Below, piece after piece: positions 46,729 through 55,816 of a stretch of DNA of 64,000 nt. The DNA comes from an uncultured Eubacteriales bacterium. GTDB lineage: Bacteria > Bacillota > Clostridia > Christensenellales > CAG-138. The translations under genes and the position numbers were made by a program. Numbering within the stretch: position 1 is the stretch's first letter; the number at the start of each line of letters is the position of its first letter. Where the stretch lies: the NCBI GenBank assembly GCA_900545265.1, contig UQYI01000006.1, forward strand, positions 9,922 to 73,921, given 5' to 3'. Under the pieces are notes generated by a model. The model worked only from the letters and a program-made list of their open reading frames with translations, did not search any database and was not told the origin of the DNA.

Positions 46729-47553
46729 TTATTCCGTGCGGATGCGCACCGTCAGAGTCAGCGTGCCGCCGTCACGCTGCTCTTCCAGAGAGGTTTCCAT
46801 GCCCGCCTCCCGCAGCTGCTCCAAAGATGCTTTCAGCCCGTTGAGAAACAGCCGGGTATCCTTGCTCAGCCGCAGGATCCGCAGGGGCCGGGGCTGTTCC
46901 TCCTGCAGCCGGGCGGCGATGTATGCCTCCGTTTCCCGCACGGTCAGGTTCCGCTTCTGTATCTGCTCCAGGCAGGCAAGGCGCTGCTCCTCCTCCGGCA
47001 GGGCCAGCAGGCACCGGGCGTGGCGTTCGCTGAGCCCTGCCTCCAGGCATTTTTCCCGCAGGGCGGGGGAGAGCTTCAGCAGCCGCAGCTTGTTGGAAAG
47101 GAATGACTGGCTTTTGCCCAGGCGGCGGCTGAGGGTTTCCTGACTCAAACCCTGGCTGATCAGCAGGGCCTGATAACTTTGGGCTTCCTCCACATAGTTC
47201 AGATCCGCCCGCTGGATGTTTTCAATCAGGGCCATAAGGGCGCTTTTTTCTTCCCCTACGTTTTCTATGACGCAGGGGATCTCCTTCATTCCCAGCAGAC
47301 GGCAGGCGCGCAGCCGTCTTTCCCCGCTGATAAGCTCATAGCCTCCCGCCGCCTGGCGGACGGTCAGGGGTTGGATGAGACCCACCTGGGCGATGCTGAT
47401 CATCAGCTCCTTGAGCTTTTCTTCATCAAAGATGCGCCGGGGCTGGTTGGGATTGGGCACGATCTGCTCTGCGGGGATGAGCAGCAGGCTCCGGGTCATA
47501 TCCCGCTTGGGGGGCACGCTCCAAAGCCCCTGCTGAAAGGAATAGTTCTGCAT
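46729..47553 (-). CDS. Second ParB-family protein (Noc/ParB-like paralogue)
   Basis: ParB box IVPNPNQPRRIFDEEKLKELMISIAQVGLIQPLTV, arginine patch GERRLRAC and an HTH. It is unlinked from parA-parB. Confidence 0.8.
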   Translation of the reverse strand: MQNYSFQQGLWSVPPKRDMTRSLLLIPAEQIVPNPNQPRRIFDEEKLKELMISIAQVGLIQPLTVRQAAGGYELISGERRLRACRLLGMKEIPCVIENVGEEKSALMALIENIQRADLNYVEEAQSYQALLISQGLSQETLSRRLGKSQSFLSNKLRLLKLSPALREKCLEAGLSERHARCLLALPEEEQRLACLEQIQKRNLTVRETEAYIAARLQEEQPRPLRILRLSKDTRLFLNGLKASLEQLREAGMETSLEEQRDGGTLTLTVRIRTE

Positions 47554-47730
47554 ATATCCGCTCCCTTTTTACAAAATGAAGAGGGCTGCTTTTCAGGGAG
47601 AAGGGTGATTCGGGGCCCTTTTCCCGGAAAAATGTCCCCGTGCCCATACCATAGCTTCTTTTGGACGGAGGGAAAAGGGTTTCCCCAAAGGTCGATGAAA
47701 TATACCTGTAAAATCCATGAATTTGCCCCG

Positions 47731-47758
47731 TTGCATTTTGTGTCGGCTGTGCTATAAT
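47731..47758 (+). promoter_or_regulatory. Predicted ferredoxin promoter
   Basis: TTGCAT, 16 nt spacer, TGc-TATAAT. Confidence 0.55.
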
Positions 47759-47788
47759 GGGAATGAAATTTTACAGGAGGTAGCGAAC

Positions 47789-47959
47789 ATGGCTTTTAAG
47801 ATCACCGATGATTGCATCGCTTGCGGCGCCTGTGCCGGCGAGTGCCCCGTGGGTGCCATCAGCGAGGGCGATGGCAAGTACGAGATCGATGCAGACGCTT
47901 GCATCGAGTGCGGTAACTGCGCCAACGTGTGCCCCGTGGGTGCGCCTGTTGCGGAGTAA
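47789..47959 (+). CDS. fdx: 2x[4Fe-4S] clostridial-type ferredoxin
   Basis: CIACGACAGECP and CIECGNCANVCP clusters in a 56 aa protein. RBS AGGAGG. Confidence 0.9.
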   Translation: MAFKITDDCIACGACAGECPVGAISEGDGKYEIDADACIECGNCANVCPVGAPVAE

Positions 47960-47984
47960 GCGCAAAGCTTGAAAAACCGAAAAA

Positions 47985-48010
47985 GCGGCGGAGCATTCCG
48001 CCGTTTTTTT
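47985..48010 (+). terminator. Rho-independent terminator after fdx
   Basis: CGGCGGA gcat TCCGCCG followed by TTTTTTT. Confidence 0.75.
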
Positions 48011-48155
48011 GTGCGCCGAAAACAGTATGCATCGTAAAGGTACCAAAGACAAAAAGCCTTTTTGCCTTGGAAGGAGAGCGGGGTGTACCGGCTGCTGCCT
48101 GAGATAAATAAAGCGCCTTATCAACCGGAAAGGCAGACGGGGCGCTGCTGTATAC

Positions 48156-48689
48156 TCAGGGTCTTTGAAGGCGGAATACGATATGAGGCATATCTACGCC
48201 CCGGTAGTGTTTGGTAAAGGCGGTCACGGGTGTCATGCCAAGAGCCCGGGCCACGTTTTGAGAAGGAAGGTTGCTGTCCCGGATAATGGCATATACCTCC
48301 CAGGCGCCCAGTTCTTCAAAGGCATAGGCCAGGCAGCGGGCGGCGGCCTCCCGGCAATAGCCCCGGTGCCAGTAGGCTTTTTCAAAGAGATAGCCAACCT
48401 CCAGCACCCGGCTGCCGGGGATATCCTGCATGGTCAGGCCGCACTGACCGATCATCCGGCCGGTCTCCTTCAGACAAACGGCATAAAGGGCCACGCCCTC
48501 CTGTTTGTACCGGGTCAGCATTTTATCCAGCCAGGCCTGCACTTCCTCCCGGGAAAAGGGGCCTTCGTAGGCATACATGACCTCCGGATCCTGCAAAATC
48601 CGGCAGAGACTGTCAAAGTCTTCCGGTTCCAGCTTACGCAGTATCAGCCGGGTAGTGGCAAGCTGCCAGAAGGGGCTGGGGCGTTCCAT
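48156..48689 (-). CDS. GNAT acetyltransferase (RimJ/RimL-like)
   Basis: TTRLILRKLEPEDFD N-terminus and WHRGYCREAA motif. Start MERPSPF follows AAGGAGGA. Confidence 0.8.
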   Translation of the reverse strand: MERPSPFWQLATTRLILRKLEPEDFDSLCRILQDPEVMYAYEGPFSREEVQAWLDKMLTRYKQEGVALYAVCLKETGRMIGQCGLTMQDIPGSRVLEVGYLFEKAYWHRGYCREAAARCLAYAFEELGAWEVYAIIRDSNLPSQNVARALGMTPVTAFTKHYRGVDMPHIVFRLQRP

Positions 48690-48737
48690 ACAGGGATCCT
48701 CCTTTTGTATCGTCGTTCTCAAAGAAACTTGTCCGGA

Positions 48738-50156
48738 TCAGTTCCGGATATTTTTTGCGCCCGGCACCGCCAGGGGGATGGTTACGGTAAAAGTGCTGCC
48801 CTTTCCGGGGGTGCTTTCCACGGTGATCCGCCCGCCGTGGGTCCGCACAATGGCCTGGGCAATGGTCAGCCCCACGCCGGTGCCCCCGGTCTTACGGTGA
48901 CGGGAAGGGTCTGCCCGGTAGAAGCGCTCAAACAGATAGGGCAGGTCCTTTTTGTCTATGCCGATGCCGCTGTCGGTAATGCTGATACGGGCCAAATCCT
49001 CCTCCCGGGCCAGCGTCCAGCGGATGGAGCCTCCTTCGGGCGTATACTTTACGGCGTTGGACATAAGGTTTTGCAGCACCTGGCTGATCCGGTCCCGGTC
49101 GGCTTCCGCCGTCAGGGAACCGCCCTCCAGGCGGCAGTCAATATGCTTTTCCTGCAGGGCTCCTGCAAACAGCTCCCGGATATCCTCCAGCAGTGCTTTG
49201 AACTCCACCGGCTCCCGGTGGAGCACCAGCTGCTCGCTTTCCATCTGCTGCAGGCGGCTCAGATCCCCCAGCAGCCCGGCGATCCGGCTCAGTTCCTGAC
49301 AACAGGCATTGAGACGTTCTCTGGTAGGCTCCCATATTCCCTCCGCCATAAGCTCCAGATGGGTGGAAACGTTGGCGATGGGGGTGCGCATTTCATGGGC
49401 CACATCGGTGACCAGCCGCCGGCGGAGCATCTCCTGATCATCCAGCGTACCGGCCAGGTCATTGACGGCGGCGGTAAGCTCCGCCAGTTCCCGGGAGGAG
49501 GCTTTGCCCTGGACCCGGGTCTTGTAATTCCCGGCGGCGATCTCCCGGGTGGTTTCCGTGACCCGGATAATGGGGTTGGTGATATGCCTGGCCAGCAGAT
49601 AGCCGGCTGTGCCTGCCGCCAATACGGCGATCAAAGCCATGGAGACCAGCATCTTATTCAGCGCATCCAGAAAGCGGAAGTCCCCTTCCGACATGGAGTA
49701 GGGGCCGTAATACCCAACAGAAGCCGTTCCCACCTTAACGCCATCGCTCATAAGATTGTAATGGGCTTCCATATAGCCCCCTTCTTCCTGGGAGTGGACC
49801 TTCTGCATCCGCTCGGCCATGGCCTCCATGAGCTTCCGACACTGCGTCATATCGTGATTCTGAGCATCCCATACGGTCTGTCCGTTCAGATCGTATACCT
49901 TGACGATGTACCCCTGACTCAGGGCCGCCATGCCGTAACCGTGAATGAACTCCACGTTCCAGCTGGAGGTAAGGGGGCTGTACTGCTGGGAAAGGCCCAG
50001 AGCAATGGTATCGGCGTATTCCTCCTGCTGCTGTTGCAAGTGCGCCTCATACTGCCGGCCGATGCAGCGGTTTGTGCGCATGAAGATAAAGGCCACCGTC
50101 AGCAATACGATGCATATAAAGCCCAGGGTCAGCTGGGTGCGCAGCTTCCACTTCAT
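48738..50156 (-). CDS. Sensor histidine kinase (TM-HAMP-HisKA-HATPase)
   Basis: H-box HEMRTPIANV, N-box and G-box GGTGVGLTIAQAIV. Confidence 0.9.
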   Translation of the reverse strand: MKWKLRTQLTLGFICIVLLTVAFIFMRTNRCIGRQYEAHLQQQQEEYADTIALGLSQQYSPLTSSWNVEFIHGYGMAALSQGYIVKVYDLNGQTVWDAQNHDMTQCRKLMEAMAERMQKVHSQEEGGYMEAHYNLMSDGVKVGTASVGYYGPYSMSEGDFRFLDALNKMLVSMALIAVLAAGTAGYLLARHITNPIIRVTETTREIAAGNYKTRVQGKASSRELAELTAAVNDLAGTLDDQEMLRRRLVTDVAHEMRTPIANVSTHLELMAEGIWEPTRERLNACCQELSRIAGLLGDLSRLQQMESEQLVLHREPVEFKALLEDIRELFAGALQEKHIDCRLEGGSLTAEADRDRISQVLQNLMSNAVKYTPEGGSIRWTLAREEDLARISITDSGIGIDKKDLPYLFERFYRADPSRHRKTGGTGVGLTIAQAIVRTHGGRITVESTPGKGSTFTVTIPLAVPGAKNIRN

Positions 50157-50854
50157 GCTTTTCCTCCCAGCCGGTAGCCCACGCCCCGAACGGTGAACAG
50201 ATAGCGGGGATCCCTTGGATCGTCTCCCAGCTTTTTGCGCAGATTTTTGATATGCGTATCTACGGAACGGTCAAAACCGTCATACTCGCTGTCAAAGGCC
50301 AGATCCAGCAGCTCGTCCCGGGTAAAAGTTTTGCAGGGATGAGCGGCCAGGGCATACAGGATCCGCCATTCAATAGGCGTAAGCTCCAGCAGTGTGCCCT
50401 TGAGAAAGGCCTGATGGGCGGTTCCGTCCAGGCGAAGATCCTCATAGATATATATGTCTTTGTCTTTGGGTGCGTCTTCCCTGGGGGAGGTACGCCTGCG
50501 GATGGCCTCCACACGGGCCAGCAGCTGCTTCATGCTGAAGGGCTTGGTCACATAATCGTCTGCTCCCAGGTCAAACCCTTCTATGACGGAACTGTCCTGG
50601 GTCTTGGCCGTCAGCATGAGAATGGGCACCTGTGAACGGGCCCGCAGCCGGCGGCAGACCTCTTCTCCGCTTACTCCGGGAAGCATAAGATCCAGCAGGA
50701 TAAAATCCACCTGCTCTTCGTCAAACAGCTTCAAAGCCGTTTCCCCGTCTTCCGCCGTAAGGACTCGGTAGCCTTTTGCTTCAAAAAAAGCGGCCACCGC
50801 CGTGCGGATCATTTCTTCATCCTCCACTATCATAAGGGTATAGGGGTGTTCCAT
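50153..50854 (-). CDS. OmpR/PhoB-family response regulator
   Basis: Receiver domain with LLDLMLPGVSG and a winged-helix C-terminus (RVLTAEDGETA lies in the receiver). Overlaps the kinase start by 4 nt. Start MEHPYTLMIVEDE. Confidence 0.9.
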   Translation of the reverse strand: MEHPYTLMIVEDEEMIRTAVAAFFEAKGYRVLTAEDGETALKLFDEEQVDFILLDLMLPGVSGEEVCRRLRARSQVPILMLTAKTQDSSVIEGFDLGADDYVTKPFSMKQLLARVEAIRRRTSPREDAPKDKDIYIYEDLRLDGTAHQAFLKGTLLELTPIEWRILYALAAHPCKTFTRDELLDLAFDSEYDGFDRSVDTHIKNLRKKLGDDPRDPRYLFTVRGVGYRLGGKA

Positions 50855-51259
50855 GGATGTGTTCCTCTCTGTATGCAGCATGTGGTTCGGTTTATGCGGA
50901 TGCATCCGGATTTTGGCGGATACATCTGCCGGGATCGTATGTTTTCAGTTTGATTGTACCCATATTTCCCGGAATTGTAAACAGAAAAATACTCTCCCCC
51001 GGTATATGCAGGAAGAAAGAAGGACAGGAATGAAAAAGCAGATAACGGCAAGCGACGATCCGCAAATATATGTCCGTAAAGACGGATAAGCGGTACTTCC
51101 GCACGGCCTGTTTTCTGGAAGGGAGAGAGCCGTGGTTTCCTGCCGATATAGCGGCAAAACGATCAAAGTAATTTGTTTACGCGCTTTTTTGCTAAAATGG
51201 ACGGAGGAAAAGGGGAAGCAGGCCCGCTGCTTTCGGGATTTAGAGATGTATACGGGGGC

Positions 51260-51342
51260 GGGGGGCGCACGGCGTGCCCTTCGGGCCCGCCTGCGGGGCG
51301 GCCGCCCCGCAGAGTTCCGGCGCAGCCGGAACGTGCGCCCCC
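51260..51342 (-). repeat. Family A cloverleaf repeat, copy A8 (inverted, slightly eroded)
   Basis: Hairpin 1 is shortened to 8 bp (GTTCCGGC-gca-GCCGGAAC) and hairpin 3 has one mismatch. GTATAC at 51248-51253. Confidence 0.85.
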
Positions 51343-51429
51343 GCGCTCCCGCTCCCCGGCTTCTTTCGTAAAACCGGGGGCTGGTTTCCACGCAGGCCTC
51401 TTTTTTATGCTTAAGGAGGATCAACTGCT

Positions 51430-52731
51430 ATGTACGAGGGCAAGCCGCGCACATTGTTTGCAAAATATGCCATCCCACAAATGATAGGTCTGCTGTTCAA
51501 TTCCGTCTATGTCATTGTTGACGGTATCTTCATCGGCAACCGCTTGGGGCGTGATGCGATGGCTGCCGCCGCTGTATCGGTGCCTTTTGTGGAGATACTG
51601 ATTGCGCTTTCTATGGCGGTAGCATCCGGTGCTGGCGTTATGATCTCTGGGCAGCTTGGGCGTGGAGAAAAGGAAAAGGCGCTGCAAACCTTTCACGCAG
51701 CCATGCTCTGTGCCGCAGGTTTCGGCGGCCTCATCATCGTTCTTGGGAATGTGTTCATTCACCCGCTTGCGGAGCTTTTAGGCTCGACGCCGCAGATCCA
51801 TGAGGAGGCTGTCCGTTATCTGTGGTACATCGTGACCTTTTCGCCGTTCCTGCTGTTCAGTTTTCTGTTAGGTGGTCTTGCCCGAAATGACGGACGCTCG
51901 AAACTGGCCATGGTTGCGCTGGCAGTTGGCTCTGTTTCCAACATCATTCTGGACTATGTGTTCATGTATCCCCTGAACATGGGTATTGCGGGTGCGGCGC
52001 TGGCAACGGCAGTCGGACCGGTTTTCAGCGTGCTGATCCTGCTCCCGCACTTTCTGCTGAAAAAAGGAAAGCTCCATTTTGCAAAAACGCATATCCGTTT
52101 TGATCCTATCAAACACATTCTAATACTGGGTTTTCCTGCATTTATCATGGAGTTCACCATTGGCATTGTGACATTCGTTTACAACTTTGCCATTGTAAAG
52201 CACGGCTACGGGGAGATCGGCCTTGCGGCTTATCTGATCATCGGCTATCTGATGCTGATCATCCTCACACTCTTCTTGGGAATGGCGGAGGGCTTGCAGC
52301 CGGTATTCAGTTATTTTGCAGGTGTCGGTGAGGAAAATCGCAGTCGGGAAATGCGCCGGTTTGCTGTAAAAGTATTTCTGGGAATCGGTATACTGTGCTA
52401 TTTGCTGATCGTTCTGTTCTCCCGCAGTTTCTACTCGATTTTCAGCCCCCACGATCCGGAGCTCATCGCCTTTGCAGCCGGCAGAAGCATCCCTTATTTC
52501 TGCGGCTTTTTCCTGGCCGGATACAACATTCTGATGATCTCCTACTGGCAGTCCATGCAGAAAACAAAAAGTGCGTTGACCGTTTCTCTGTCCCGCAGTA
52601 TTGTGTGGCCTGCGATTCTGACCTTGCTTCTCCCGTTGGCTTTCGGAAATGAAGTGATCTGGCTGTGCCATTCTCTGAGCGACGGGATCACCCCCTGCAC
52701 GGCCTTTATTCTGCTTAAGAGACGGGGATAA
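51430..52731 (+). CDS. MATE-family efflux transporter
   Basis: 12-TM protein with a typical MATE N-terminus (LFAKYAIPQMIGLLFNSVYVIVDGIFIG). Confidence 0.9.
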   Translation: MYEGKPRTLFAKYAIPQMIGLLFNSVYVIVDGIFIGNRLGRDAMAAAAVSVPFVEILIALSMAVASGAGVMISGQLGRGEKEKALQTFHAAMLCAAGFGGLIIVLGNVFIHPLAELLGSTPQIHEEAVRYLWYIVTFSPFLLFSFLLGGLARNDGRSKLAMVALAVGSVSNIILDYVFMYPLNMGIAGAALATAVGPVFSVLILLPHFLLKKGKLHFAKTHIRFDPIKHILILGFPAFIMEFTIGIVTFVYNFAIVKHGYGEIGLAAYLIIGYLMLIILTLFLGMAEGLQPVFSYFAGVGEENRSREMRRFAVKVFLGIGILCYLLIVLFSRSFYSIFSPHDPELIAFAAGRSIPYFCGFFLAGYNILMISYWQSMQKTKSALTVSLSRSIVWPAILTLLLPLAFGNEVIWLCHSLSDGITPCTAFILLKRRG

Positions 52732-52809
52732 CTTCTGGATGTAGCGGGCCCGTTCGGGCTTTGCTGTCCTGTGAAAAGGGATTGGCGGGTGTTTTTCGGG
52801 CATTACCCG

Positions 52810-52847
52810 AAAAAACAGCCGCAGCGGAAGGATCCGTCGCGGCTGTT
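52810..52847 (-). terminator. Probable murC terminator
   Basis: Minus strand: AACAGCCGC...GCGGCTGTT (9 bp stem) followed by a T-run. An adjacent TTTTTCGGG catta CCCGAAAAA hairpin lies at 52792-52815. Confidence 0.55.
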
Positions 52848-52887
52848 ATTCTTATGGGACCCTGAAGCAGGGCTTTCGTTTTGTTTT

Positions 52888-54255
52888 TTACAGGAGCTTG
52901 CGGGTCTGGCTGTATACGTTGCCGCTGCCCACGGTGATGACCAGATCCCCGGGACGGGCGTTCTCCTCCAGCCAATCCCGTATGTTCTCGAAATTCTCCA
53001 GATACAGAGCGTTGTGCGTGGAACGGTTGATGGCCTCCACCATGTCCCGGGCGTGCACCAGGCCGGTATCCACCTCTCTGCCGGGATAGATATCCGGCAC
53101 CAGCACCTTATCCGCCGGGGCAAAACAGGTCACGTCCTGGCAGAAAAGCGTCCTGGCCCGGGTATAGCTGTTGCACTGGAATACGCAGTACAGGGCCTTA
53201 TGGGGCACCCGGGAGGCAGCCTCCAGAGTAGCGGCGATCTCGTGAGGATGGTGGCCGTAATCGTGGTACACGGCTACACCGTTCTTTTCGCCCATATACT
53301 CAAAGCGGCGCTTGGTATTGGTAAACCGGCCCAGCGCAGCAGCAATGGCTTCCGGAGCGGCGCCAAAGGCGCGGGCTACGGAGTAAGCTCCCAGGGCGTT
53401 GATCACATTGTGGGTGCCGGGCACCTGCAGCCGGATAGAAACAATATTTTTTCCATGCTCCACCAGATCAAAGGCGGGGCAGCCCTTTTCGTCATAGGTC
53501 AGGTTCGCCGCATGACGGTCTCCCGTATGCAGGCCGTAGGTTTCCAGCGTATGCCCCTGAAGACGGGGCAGGATCTCCTGTACTTTTGGATCATCCGTGC
53601 AGAGAATAAGCTTCCCGGTGGGGGGTACCAGCTGACAGAAGCGCACAAATGTGTCTTTGATCTCTTCTATATCCCGGTAGCAGTCCAGATGGTCGTTATC
53701 AATGTTGTTGATCAGAGCTACGGTGGGGGCCAGCGTTAAAAAGCTCTTAACATATTCGCAGGCTTCGGTGATAAGGATATCGCTGCGGCCTACCTTTACA
53801 CCCCCATGGAGCATATCTACAAAGCCGCCCACATGAACGGTGGCGTCCAGCCCGGCCTCTTCGGATATATAAGCCAGCATGGAGGTGATGGTGGTTTTTC
53901 CGTGGCAGCCGGCAATGGCGGCCACCTGTGGGAACCGGGCGGAAAGCTGGCCCAGGGCCACGCTGCGCTCCATTTCCGGGATGCCATGCTCCCGTGCATA
54001 GACCCGCTCGGGGTTATCGGGCTTGATGGCGGCGGAATAGATGACCAGCTCCGCTCCCTGGGTCTGCTGGCCCTTCTGCCCGATATATATGGGGACGCCC
54101 AGCTCCTCCAGCTTTCGTGTGAACTGGGATTCCTCCCGGTCGGAGCCGGTAATCTCATGTCCCTGCTCCAGCAGGATCTCGGCAATGCCGCTCATGCTGC
54201 ATCCGCCTATGCCGATAAGGTGGATCCGTTTTACATCATCCAGGGTAACTGCCAC
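52888..54255 (-). CDS. murC: UDP-N-acetylmuramate--L-alanine ligase
   Basis: IHLIGIGGCSMSGIA N-terminus, GCHGKTTITSM P-loop and the Mur ligase middle and C-terminal domains. Confidence 0.95.
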   Translation of the reverse strand: MAVTLDDVKRIHLIGIGGCSMSGIAEILLEQGHEITGSDREESQFTRKLEELGVPIYIGQKGQQTQGAELVIYSAAIKPDNPERVYAREHGIPEMERSVALGQLSARFPQVAAIAGCHGKTTITSMLAYISEEAGLDATVHVGGFVDMLHGGVKVGRSDILITEACEYVKSFLTLAPTVALINNIDNDHLDCYRDIEEIKDTFVRFCQLVPPTGKLILCTDDPKVQEILPRLQGHTLETYGLHTGDRHAANLTYDEKGCPAFDLVEHGKNIVSIRLQVPGTHNVINALGAYSVARAFGAAPEAIAAALGRFTNTKRRFEYMGEKNGVAVYHDYGHHPHEIAATLEAASRVPHKALYCVFQCNSYTRARTLFCQDVTCFAPADKVLVPDIYPGREVDTGLVHARDMVEAINRSTHNALYLENFENIRDWLEENARPGDLVITVGSGNVYSQTRKLL

Positions 54256-54305
54256 TGTGTTTCGCCTCCGCTAAAATTCTTGGGATAGTATGATAGTATA
54301 TGCAC

Positions 54306-55466
54306 TCAGCCTTCCATATGCGGCTTTTCGACGGGTTTCGCCCCCTCAAAACGCTTGAGATAGCACCGGCGGCGCTTGTGCTGCCGGGCATTGAACAGCC
54401 GCCACATGGACTGCACGTTGGCGTTGTCCTCCAGCTGGGGGCCTGTTTCGGCATACTTCACGCCGTTTTGAATGCCCTTGCGCAGCAGATTTTCCAACAC
54501 CACCAGATTCAGACCTGCGCCCTTGAGCTCCGGCTTTACGGCGATAAGGAACATGTCAATGAAATCGTTTTTCCCGTACAGCGCCTTCAAAAGCCTGGCC
54601 CAGCCAAAGGGAAGCATCCTGCCCCGGCTCTTCTGATTGGCTTTGGAAATGGACTGACTGCCTACCCCAAAGGCCAGCAGCTCATCCTTGTCGTTATACA
54701 CAAAGGCGGAGGTGCGGTTGGAAATCAGGGGCTTGAATTCGGAAACGTATTTGTCTATCTGACGGGGAGTCAGCGGCACCATGCCGAAAAGCACCTGATA
54801 GGCCTCGTTATACAGCACGAACACGTCCCGGATGTATTTGGGCAGGTTCTTCTTATCGGAAAGATCCGCCACATGGAGGTTATGCTTCTTTTTGGCTGCC
54901 TCCACGATCATCTCCATCCGCCTGGGCACCTCCGTGGGCACGGTGATCCGGTATTCCACCCAGTCGATCTCTTTTTCAAAGCCCAGCCGGTCCATGTGCT
55001 CCGGGTAATAGGGGTAATTATAATAGGTGAAAAACTGGGAAAGGTATTCAAACCCCTCTACCAGCATCCCTTCCCGGTCCATGTCGGAAAAGCCCTGGGG
55101 CCCGTGGATGCCCTCGCACCCCAGCTCCCGGGCATAGTCCTCCAGGGCATGGTACAGGGCGTTGGTGACTTCTGCATCGTCAACAAAGTCGAAGTTGGCA
55201 AAGCGAAGGTAGTTGTGCCCGTCCTTTTCGTTGGCGCGGGTGTTCAGTATCCCTGTGACCCGGCCCGACAGCTTCCCGTCCTTATAGGCAAGAAAGCTTC
55301 TGGCTTTGCAGTATTCAAAGGCGGGGTTCTTATCCTCCAGCAGGTCGTTGATCTGGCTGGAGACCATGTCGGGCACATAACAGGGATGGTTTTTATAGAG
55401 CGATAAAGGAAACAGGACAAATTTTTTTATGTCCCGCCGGCCGCTGACGGTTTTGACCTCTACCAT
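54306..55466 (-). CDS. Conserved hypothetical protein, probably GNAT-fold acyltransferase-like
   Basis: 386 aa with clean coding signal. Only weak family-level resemblance (YLRFANFDFVDD...LGCEGIHGPQGFSDMD). Function unknown. Confidence 0.5.
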   Translation of the reverse strand: MVEVKTVSGRRDIKKFVLFPLSLYKNHPCYVPDMVSSQINDLLEDKNPAFEYCKARSFLAYKDGKLSGRVTGILNTRANEKDGHNYLRFANFDFVDDAEVTNALYHALEDYARELGCEGIHGPQGFSDMDREGMLVEGFEYLSQFFTYYNYPYYPEHMDRLGFEKEIDWVEYRITVPTEVPRRMEMIVEAAKKKHNLHVADLSDKKNLPKYIRDVFVLYNEAYQVLFGMVPLTPRQIDKYVSEFKPLISNRTSAFVYNDKDELLAFGVGSQSISKANQKSRGRMLPFGWARLLKALYGKNDFIDMFLIAVKPELKGAGLNLVVLENLLRKGIQNGVKYAETGPQLEDNANVQSMWRLFNARQHKRRRCYLKRFEGAKPVEKPHMEG

Positions 55467-55477
55467 GGGGCTCCGCC

Positions 55478-55816
55478 TCAGTTATCCCACTTGAGGGGTT
55501 TGCCGCCGATAAGATGCAGGTGCAGATGGGGCACGCTTTGCCCGGCATCGGGGCCTACGTTGGTGATGAGCCGGTAACCGGTCTTGTCCACCCCCAGCTC
55601 CCGGGCGATCTGCCGGGCTGCAGCCAGCATCTGGCAAAGGAGCCCGTCGTCCTCGGGTCCCGCCGCCTGCATGCTGTCGATGTGCTTCTTTGGAATGATG
55701 AGCACATGGACGGGCCCCTGGGGGGCTATGTCCTTAAACGCATAGACCTGCTCATCCTCATAAACCTTGGCGGAAGGGATCTCTCCTGCCGCAATGGCGC
55801 AAAACAGACAATTCAT
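55478..55816 (-). CDS. HIT-family nucleotide hydrolase
   Basis: Histidine triad HLHLHLIGG. Confidence 0.9.
   Translation of the reverse strand: MNCLFCAIAAGEIPSAKVYEDEQVYAFKDIAPQGPVHVLIIPKKHIDSMQAAGPEDDGLLCQMLAAARQIARELGVDKTGYRLITNVGPDAGQSVPHLHLHLIGGKPLKWDN

Noticed and set aside
48165-50177. 670-aa plus-strand ORF.
   Set aside because: It lies antisense to the GNAT gene and the histidine kinase, which has H-box and G-box motifs. It is a shadow ORF.
50855-51259. Possible riboswitch or leader in the 575-bp divergent region between the response regulator and the MATE gene.
   Set aside because: I recognised no known riboswitch core sequences. The region is explained by promoters plus repeat A8. 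The ORFs there are under 80 aa and lack RBSs.
2553-51342. The recurring repeats as a CRISPR array.
   Set aside because: Copies are kilobases apart, lie in both orientations in separate intergenic regions, and have no regular repeat-spacer periodicity. No cas genes are present.
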